The position numbers and the translations under genes were made by a program. This document shows, one piece after another, positions 54,381 to 64,000 of a stretch of DNA of 64,000 nt. Position 1 is the stretch's first letter. Every line of letters begins with the position of its first letter. The notes beneath the pieces are model-generated. The model was not told where the DNA came from, did no database searches, and was given only the letters and a program-made list of their open reading frames with translations. Source of the stretch: Octopus vulgaris (lineage: Eukaryota); contig OX597816.1 of NCBI GenBank assembly GCA_951406725.2, positions 10,788,001-10,852,000 on the forward strand, written 5' to 3'.

Positions 54381-54999
54381 ATTATTATCATTATCACTGA
54401 TATTATTATTATTATTATTATTTTCATCATTATTATTATAATTTTCATTATTATTATTAATATTATTATTATTATTATTTTCATTATTATCATTATTATT
54501 ATTATTTCCATTTTACTTCTTAAGAGCTTTTGATTTTACTTTCTCTGGTTAATTCTAGTTAATTAAGAGCGGACAGTGACTTGTTTCCAAACATTTCACA
54601 GAATCTCTATCCACGATACTCAACACCCACGCACCAATCTCAAAATCCTCGCTGTTCCCAATAGATCACTCTTCTGAGCATGTTCTACCCTCATCTCAGT
54701 TCTAATTTCAATTCTGAGGTTGGTATAATCGATGTTTCCACCCCGCAAAATTGCTGGCCTTGTGTCAAAAACTGAAATTAATATTATTATAGTAAGTTAG
54801 CAAGTATAGCCCGTAGCAGATGAGACTGCCGACATTCTTGCCTCTCCAGATCATATCCCTCACCGCTATCGGAGCAGAGATGGTTGTCCGCAAGTGTAAG
54901 CTCCATAAGTCAGACTGGCTATTTCAGTGCATCTCCCTCACTATCCTCCAGGGCAATACCTTTTCCATTTTGTCTGCTGCTGCCATAAGAAATGTTTCT

Positions 55000-55150
55000 A
55001 TACATTATTTACATTTGATGGATATTTGTCCTCATCTTGTTTGTTGTTAACGCAACGTTTTGGCTGATATACCCTCCAGCCTTCATCAGGTGTCTTGGGG
55101 AAATTTCAAACCTGGGTTCTCATTCCTAAGGTATTTTTAGAGGTTATTAT
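55000..55150 (-). mobile_element. Short PLE-type element with hammerhead-like motif (family H1)
   Basis: Minus strand GACAC-CTGATGA-A-GGCTG-loop-CAGCC-AAAA-CG-TT-GCGTT at 55046-55094. Confidence 0.65.
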
Positions 55151-56849
55151 TGAACTCAGAATCTCGGCGTTAGTAGCCCACGCTCTTAACCACTATGTGA
55201 TATGCCCATGAGCATAGTGGTTCAGAGCATAGGCTACTAACCCCAAGATTCTGAGTTTGATTCCAATTAAAATTTGTGACTTTGAACAAAGTTACAAATC
55301 ATCATCATCATCATCACCAGCAGCAGCAGCAAGTAATGTCAGTTTTCCATATAGGCTTGGGTTGGACGATTTGACAGGATCTGATATGCTGCAGGAACGT
55401 GCTGAGTTCCAATGTCTGCTTTGGTAGGGTTTCCATGGTTGGATGCCCTTCCTAAAACCAACCACTTCACAATATTTACTGGGTGTTTTTTTCGTAACAC
55501 TAGCACTAGCGAGGTCATTTAGCAACTTTCAAGACAAGGGGAAAAAAACTGCCCTATCAAATGAATGGAGGCATATCGAAGAGAGGTGAAGGTGGTCTTA
55601 TGCCAGGTGCTTAGGGGCAAAATTATGATAGAAGGGCATGGACAGGCATCTTGGTAGCAAAGAAGTATATGGCTACCTTTTGGAGATATAAGATGGACCA
55701 AAATTTGCTTGTGTTATGCTGTTTGTGTCTCCTTGACTTGACTTCGTGGTCATCATCATAATCATCATCATTTAACGTCTGCTTTCCATGCTAGCATAGG
55801 TTGGACGATTTGACTGAAGTCTGGCAAACCAGATGGCTGCACCAGGCTCCAATCTGATCTGGCAGAGTTTCTACAGCTGGATGCCTTTCCTAACGCCAAC
55901 CACTCTGAGAGTGTAGTGGCTGCTTTTATGTGCCACCAGCACACGGGCCAGTCAGGCGGTATTGGTTGAAAAATGATTGTCACTGTCACACAATTGGTAT
56001 CATTTAATTCCATTCTTCTGTGAAAACATGTCCGGCCTTGGGGAAAATGTTTACATTTCTTGGAAACAAGTGAGGGTTGTTGACAGGAAGAGCATCCCGG
56101 CTGTAGGTAATCTGCCTCAGTAAATTCTCTCTGACTCATGCAAGGATGGAAAAATGGATTGTAAAACAATGATAATAATGACAATGACAACAGCAGTGAT
56201 GATGATGATGATGAAGGTGATGATGTCGACAATAACAACGACGATGATGACAATGAGGCTGATGATGATGGTGGTGGTGATCTTGCTGTTGCTGCTGCTG
56301 TTGTTGTTGTTGTTGTTAAGCAACAAGATGGGTAAGGGTGATTAGGTGATGGTCTAGGGCTTAGGGGCGGTAGACCCCAGACCTTGGAAAAAAAAAACTT
56401 TGGTCGTCTTGTTGTAGTCGAGGGCTCTTCGTTGACGCCCGACACCACTGGGAGGTGGCCCTCGAAGTTGCTGGAAATGGAGATCTCCAGGTCCAAATTC
56501 TTGAATAACTGCTGCTGCTAATGGAGATGACGATGAAAATAGTGATGAAAATGATAACGATGATGACAATGATGATGATCACGATGGCCATGACGACAAT
56601 GATGATGACGATGATGATGATGTGCGGTGGTGGTCAATGACGATGATGATGATGACGACGACAGTGATACTGGTGGTCCACTCTTCTAATGATTAGCGTC
56701 AGAACAAACATTTTCTCTACCAGAATATTTTCAAAGAGATTGCAACATAATCAAATTCTGTGAAGTCTGTATCTTTCTTTTTAAACACTTGTTTTATGAG
56801 CGTCTATATATTCTCTTTCTTTGTTTGATGCATACACACACGCACATAT

Positions 56850-57015
56850 ATATATGTGTGTGTATATATAGTATATATATATATATATATATGTATGTAT
56901 ATCATCATCATCATCATTATATATATATATATATATGTATATGTATGTATGTATATATATATATATATATGTATATGTATGTATGTATATATATATATAT
57001 ATGTATGTATGTATG

Positions 57016-57066
<51 letters not shown>

Positions 57067-57320
57067 ATATATATATATATATGTATGTATATATATATAT
57101 ATGTATGTATGTATATATATATATGTATATGTATGTATATATATATATGTATATATATGTATATATATATATGTATATATATGTATATATATATATGTAT
57201 GTATATATATATATATATATATATTTATCTATGTATATATATATGTATGTATATATATATAAATATATATGTATGTATGTATATATATGTATGTTTTTAT
57301 ATACATACACATATGTTTTT
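56850..57320. repeat. (TA)n/(TATG)n microsatellite
   Basis: Read directly. Confidence 0.95.
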
Positions 57321-57731
57321 TTTTATATGTATGGTGTGTGTGTGTGTGAGTACATGTATAAGCATGTAAGCATGTATATGTGTGTGTGTGTTTTGGTGGA
57401 TGTGTGTCTCATATTATGGATAAATAATGTTCGTACAAACTGTCTGCGTGGAAGCCATTCATCTGTGTTTTGCTGTTTTACGGCCTTCAGGGTGCCACCC
57501 CACCTTCCTTCGAATATTCCGGGTACATCCAAGGTTTCTAATCTTTATATTCCTGTTATTTCTCTTGTATTTTACGAAATTATTTTGTTTTAGCAATTAT
57601 CAAATTAATAATGTCCCAGATAATTTGACAGTTTCACAGACAACTAGTTTTGTGTGTCTAGTTGGCTATAAATACATACATACATAGATAAATAAATAAA
57701 CAAATAACAAATAAATAAATATTATATATAT

Positions 57732-59243
57732 AGGCGTCGGAGTGGCTGTTTGGTAAGTAACTTGCTTACAAACCACATGGTTCCAGGTTCAATCCCACTG
57801 CATGGCACCTTGGGGAAGTGTCTTCTACTATAGCCTTGGGTTGACCAAAGCCTTGTGAGTGGATTTGGTAGACGGAAACTGAAAAAAGTCCGTTGTATAT
57901 ATGTGTATGTATATATATATATGTATGTGTGTGTGTGTTTGTCGCCCCCACATCACTTGACAACCAACGCTGGTGTGTTTACAATCCTGTAATCTAGAGG
58001 TTCAGCAAAAAAGACTGATAGAATAAATACTAGGCTAACAAAGAATAAGTCCTGGGGTCGATTTGCTCGACTAAAGGCAGTGCTCCAGCATGGCCACAGT
58101 CACATGACTGAAACAAGTAAACGAGTAAAAGAGTATATATATAGGCATGGCTGTGTGGTAACAAGTTTGTTTCCCAACCACATGGTTTTAGATTGAGTTC
58201 CACTACATGGCACCTTCGGAAAGTGTCTTCTACTATAGTGTCAGGCTGACCAAAGCCTTGTGAATATATTTCGTAGACAAAAACTGAAAAGAAGCTGATA
58301 TATATATATATATATATATACACACAAACACACACACATGTATGTATATATGTTATATGTGTCTGTGCTTGTCCCCCCACCATTGCTTGACAACCGATGT
58401 TGGTGAGTTTACATCCATGTAACTTAGTGGTTTGACAAAAGACACCGATAGAATAAATACTAGGCTTACAAAGAATAAGTCCTGGGGGTTGATTTGTTCA
58501 GCTAAAGGCGGTGCTCCAGCATGGCCACAGTCAAATGACTGAACCGTGTAAATGAATAAAAAACCATATTTATACACATACATACATATATGTACATATT
58601 CATGCACTCTGTTGGTTACGATGCCGAAGGCCCCAGTTGATCTGATCAATGGAACAGCCTGCTCGTGTAATTAACATGCAAGTGGCTGAGCACTCCATAG
58701 ACACGTGTACCAATAACGTAGTTCTCGAGGTGATGCAGCGTGGCACAGTGTGTGACAAGGCTGGCCCCTTGAAATACAGGTACAACTCATTTTTGCCAGC
58801 TGAGTGGACTGGAGCAATGTGAAATAAAGTGTCTTGCTCAAGGACTCAATGCGCCACCAGGAATTGAACTCATGACTTACGATCATGAGCCTAATGCCCT
58901 AACCCACTAATCCATGTGCCTCCACATGTACATATATACATACATCATCAAGACCAACCAGGTTAATAGATGTTGCTACACATCGCTGGTCAGAATGCAC
59001 TTCGCATTGTTTTAGCCTTCAAATGACACCACTCCGCTGGCTAAGCGAACAGGCCAACAGAAGAAAGAGTGAGAGAAAGTTGGGGCGAAAGAGTACAGCA
59101 GGGATTTCCACCACCCCCTGCCAGAGCCGCGTGGAGCTTTAGGTGTTTTCGCTCAATAAACACTCAAAATGCCCAGTCTGGGAATCGAAACCGCGATCCT
59201 ACAACTGCGAGTCCGCTACCCTAACCACTGGGCCATTGTGCCT

Positions 59244-59246
<3 letters not shown>
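57732..59246. mobile_element. SINE cluster: two tandem family B copies (+) and two family C copies (-)
   Basis: Family B at about 57732-58135 and 58143-58550. Family C at about 58600-58925 and 58950-59246. Confidence 0.85.
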
Positions 59247-59284
<38 letters not shown>

Positions 59285-59953
59285 CTTATATATGTATGTG
59301 TATACATATATGTGTGTGTATGTGTATGTGAGTGTGTGTCCAAGAAGGACACTATTACTGTGTTTACCAGTTATTAGTCTAGACAGCGATAGAACTTGTA
59401 TGTTATCACTGTTATCATTTAACTTGCAAGAAATCTATACACTGAAGAGCGATATTCTCTGATGCGCTACAGGTTTTGCACGACAGGTTTTGTAGTTAGG
59501 GATTTATCCCCCTTGCTTTTGTTAACAGCACATGATAGGGATTGGGAGAGGATATAAATGGTTGGCCCCTGGACTGCTTGGTGGGGGGGAGTCTCTGCCC
59601 TGATGTTCCTCATGCTACAGCAGAACTCGGACATTAATACGCGACGTTCATTGAGGTATTCCTTCTTCTACAGATGATATTACACAGGAAGCAGTCTAGT
59701 TCACTCGTTAAAAAGTCATTCTATTTGGTTCAATAAAAGATAGGGTGGTCAATGCTGGAGTGTCTTTGTTTCAAACCTGACTTTGAGCTAAACAACACCA
59801 GCAACAGTCCTTATGAGTCAAGTACAAATTATTGGTTTTGCTGCACAACCATTTCACTAACAACTGCCATAAGAACCTGGAGTACTCTAAGTTGATGTGT
59901 GTTGTAGTAGTTTACATTTGGTATATTTCAATGCTTCAGTGAGTATATAAGTA

Positions 59954-59986
<33 letters not shown>

Positions 59987-61334
59987 TGAGGCACACACAC
60001 ACATATATATATATGAGAGAGAGAGTGAAGCACAATGGCCCAGTGGTTAGGGCAGCGGACTCGCGGTCGAGAGTTTATTGAGCAAAAACACCTAAAAGCT
60101 CCACGAGGCTCCAGCAGAGGGTGGTGGTGAATCCTGCTGTACTCTTTCACTATAACTTTCTCTGACTCTTTCTTCCTGTTTCTGTCGTACCTGTATTTCA
60201 AAGGGCCAGCCTTGTCACATTCTGTGTCACGCTGAATCCCCCTGAGAACTATGTTAAGGGTATGCATGTCTGTGAAGTGCTCAGCCACTTGCACATTAAT
60301 AAATGAGCTGCGACGTCACTGGTGCCAAGCTGTATCGACCTTTGCCTTTCCCTTGGATAACATCAGTGGCGTGGAGAGGGGAGGCCAGTATGCATGGATG
60401 ACTGCTGGTCTTCCATAAACAACCTTGCCCAGACTTGTTCTTCAGAGGGTAACTTTCTAGGTGCAATTCCATAGTCATTCATGACTGAAGGGGGTCACAA
60501 TATATATACATATATAGAGAGAGAGAGAGTGAGGGATGAACAGCTGGATGTATATATGAAGAGCATTGTAGGCGTATCATACAATGTAGAGGAAAGAATA
60601 AATTTAATATTTATGTATTTGCTAATTTTACTTGGACACACAACCACCCACACACACACCGTTCCCACACACACGAATATTCATGGTGTCAAATAAGGCA
60701 ACTGTGAATAAAACAGATTCATTAGAGTCATGTTTAATAGGTTAGATTACATTCAAGCAGGAAAAGATCTAAAGATCTGCTATGGAGACAGTCCTAAGAA
60801 AACAAATGTTTTTCCTAGACATGTGTGAAAACGCATTTGGGGACGTGGATGGTGTCATTGCATCGTAGGACACATGGGTCTTTCGGGAATGATAGATTTG
60901 CTGTTTTGTAGCTGATGAAAAAGAAACAAAACACAGAAATGTATGTGACCGATGATCCAGTGACATCATTCACAGCTTAAACTGTGTTTTCACATGTGTA
61001 TAGGAGGAATATATCCTCCCAGGACCATCTCCACTGCAGACGGACTTCTCACATCTCAATGTGTTCGAACATGCTAAATACAATTTTACACAAATATATT
61101 TTATTCAACGCTACTTCGTGGAACATTATTTCTTTCATTTTAGCATCTTATACAAGCATCTTCTTTAATTTTAGCTTCATGCTCATCAGCAAAAGTACTG
61201 TATGCTGTTTTAATACAAATAATTTCATTCTTATCGGATTGTGAATGACAATTTAGGTGTTTGTGGATGAAGTGAAAAGATGGATTTATCCTACATAAAT
61301 GTAACATCTCGGGATTGATAGCATATTTTCTCTC

Positions 61335-62425
61335 TCTTTATTCTCTTTTACTTGTTTCAGTCATTTGACTGTGGCCATGCTGGAGCACTGCCTTTTAGTC
61401 GAGCAAATCGACCCCAGGACTTATTCTTTGTAAGCCTAGTACTTATTCTATCGGTCTGTTTTGCCAAACTGCTAAATTACAGGGACATGAACACACCAGC
61501 ATTGGTTGTCAAGCGATGTTGGGGGGGACAAACACAGACACACAAACATATACACACACATATATATACATTTATACGATGGGCTTCTTTCAGTTTCTGT
61601 CTACCAAATCTACTCACAAGGCTTTGGTCGGCCCGAGGCTAGAGTAGAAGACACTTGCCCAAGGTGCCACGCAGTGGGACTGAACCCGGAACCATGTAGA
61701 AGCACTGTTTTCTTCTGGTGGAACTGTTAGCCATCTATGCATGATTTGGTTAGTGTAGCCAACCAGAGACATACTGCCGCCTATTACAAAGTCTGGGAAA
61801 GTTTTAGTCAGTCCCAAGCAAGTCTCCAAGAAAGTCAGATGTAACTTGTCGAGTCGCTGTCAGAGCTCAGCTCCACCATATGGACAATATCGAAGGAAGA
61901 AACACTCTAAAACTGAATAACTATTTATGGACTCTTCAAACATTTATCCTGTTTACATTTTACAATATACAGTAACAGTGTTACATGTTATTTATGCTGC
62001 ATAAAACCTTCTTCTGGATTTGTGAACAGCGCAGGAGTGGCTGTATGGTAAGTAGCTTGCTTACCAACCTCATGGTTCCGGGTTCAGTCCCACTGCATGG
62101 CATCTTGGGCAAGTGTCTTCTGCTATAGCCCTGGGCCGACCAATGCCTTGTGAGTGGATTTGGTCGACGGAAACTGAAAGAAGCCTGTTGTATATATGTA
62201 TATATATGTATGTGTCTGTGTGTCTGTGTTTGTCCCCCTAGCATTGCCTGACAACCGATGCTGGTGTGTTTACGTCCCCGTAGCTTAGTGGTTCGACAAA
62301 AGAGACCGATAGAATAAGTACTGGGCTTACAAAAGAATAAGTCCCGGGGTCGATTTGCTCGACTAAAGGCGGTGCTCCAGCATGGCCGCAGTCAAATGAC
62401 TGAAACAAGTAGAAGAGTAAAAGAG
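61335..62425. mobile_element. Two divergently oriented family B SINEs
   Basis: Minus copy at about 61335-61697; plus copy at about 62028-62425. Confidence 0.85.
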
Positions 62426-63408
62426 TATATAACAAGTAGCTCAAACTTTTCCTTTGTTCACTTAGGACGCTGCTATACCATTCCTCTGAAAGCTGTCAAG
62501 CAAACCTTGATTTAATGCTATCGTCATTTCCTCTTATTATAAATTATTGTGTTCTGTTAAGTCTTCTGAGCACTGTCCATTATTGCATTACAAGATATTA
62601 TACAACTACTGTTATAAAAAGTCAGATGTTATTTTAGTGCCCTTTCATTAAAAGTACATCGGAAAACTTAAGTGTTCCAAACAAGATAAAGAATTGAATT
62701 ATCAAATGTCTGTATTCAAATAAATAAGCAGTAATGTTGAAATATGGCAATATAACATGAATATAAAAATATGCACAAATATTAAAATTAATGGGAATAT
62801 CAAAATAGTCACAATGTTATAAATTTTAGGAAAATGTAATATAAAAATACCAGAAAAATAATAGAAAAATACAAAATATATCAGCAGTACTTAGGTGTGG
62901 GATTAAAATAATAGTCAAATGTAGGGGGAATAGCAGATCCTATATGATGTGAATGATCAAATCAATAGATAGACATTGGAACTGGTTGAATATAATTTTA
63001 GTCCATAAGTATTAGAAGTGGTAGGTCCTGGCTAATACTGTCTAAATCAACTGAACAGTGGATTTATATGGAGGAATCATGATGTAAAGGATTGATGTTC
63101 AAAGTTTAAGATACTGAATTTTACATTAAACGAATTTAAGGTAGAACATGGAAAAAAGAGAAAAATCCCTAAGCTAATAAAAGTCTTCCAAAGGTCCTAT
63201 TGTAGTTATACAAGCATCTTAATCAAAGCTTGTTACGTTTGTTTACCAGATTATCCTTAGTATTTATGATTTTAAATGCCTCAAATTAGTACAGGTTGCA
63301 TTCACCTCCACCAACCATATAAAGGAAAGCAAATTTCATCACAGACCAAGGAACTTTGTTTGGGATTTCACCCAGTTTCAAGTTCCAGAATTATTAACAA
63401 CAAATATT

Positions 63409-63634
63409 TATTTCTTTACTACCCACAAGGGGCTAAACACAGAGAGGACAGACAAACGGGTTAAGTCGATTAAATCGACCCCAGTGCGTAACTGGTACTT
63501 AATTTATCGACCCCAAAAGAATGAAAGGTAAAGTCGACCTCGGCGGAATTTGAACTCAGAACGTAATAGCAGACGAAATACCGCTAAGCATTTCGCCCGG
63601 CATGGTAACGTTTCTGCCAGCTCACCGCTTCCTG
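63409..63634 (-). mobile_element. Young SINE family A copy with 15-bp TSD
   Basis: TSD TTAACAACAAATATT at 63394-63408 and 63635-63649. Confidence 0.92.
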
Positions 63635-63689
63635 TTAACAACAAATATTGTTTAACTCTTCACAATTACAAGCAATGGCATTAGAAATA

Positions 63690-64000
63690 AAGTGGGACTC
63701 TCGGTTACTCAATGGATCAGTGTTCTCCAGCCAGTTCTATCCTGGGTCGCTTATTTTAGATTGGCCATGGTCATTCCCTTGTCACTCTTGATGGTGTCAA
63801 GCCAGCGGATTCTTGGTCGGCCTCTTCCTTTCTTGCCACTGACCATTCCGAGCATGATGTCCTCCTCCAGGGATTTTCTCTGCATAATATGACCAAAATA
63901 TGCCAATCTATTCTTGGTGATCCTAGCTTCTAGCAACAGTTTCGGCCTGATCTGCTTAAGAACTTCTCCATTGGTGAGCCTCGCTGTCCATGGAATCTGT
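63690..64000 (-). mobile_element. RTE (BovB-like) LINE 3' end
   Basis: LEARITKNRLAYFGHIMQRKSLEEDIMLGMVSGKKGRGRPRIRWLD, a typical RTE C-terminus. Runs off the window edge. Confidence 0.9.

Noticed and set aside
55768-56591. 242-aa and neighbouring ORFs
   Set aside because: Mosaic of family D sequence, trinucleotide repeats and a short unassigned GC-rich fragment.

Overview
AT-rich, repeat-saturated animal genomic DNA with no host gene that I can support. The repeat families resemble those of octopod cephalopods; this taxonomic call is an inference from recognition, not a search. DNA transposons: a near-complete irritans-type mariner (20-1309), two further mariner relics, an intron-containing DD34E Tc1 (about 46.7-48.0 kb), piggyBac relics and several TA- or TTAA-targeting MITEs. 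Also three non-autonomous Helitrons. Retroelements: an internally deleted R4/Dong LINE in (TAA)n (51.4-54.4 kb), RTE fragments, Penelope-like (PLE) RT and GIY-YIG relics, dozens of tRNA-derived SINEs built from shuffled modules, and a (GAT)n-tailed element with a 62-bp hairpin VNTR. A decayed 28S rRNA fragment and very long microsatellites are also present. Most long ORFs in the track are microsatellite artefacts. The most interesting signal is eight or more minimal type I hammerhead-ribozyme-like motifs in several families. They sit in short, often foldback, microsatellite-embedded elements and share non-canonical core variants: an extra A after CUGANGA, a CUGUAGA core, an A/A pair flanking stem II, and one very large stem II insert. 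All motifs were read by eye and none is shown to be active.
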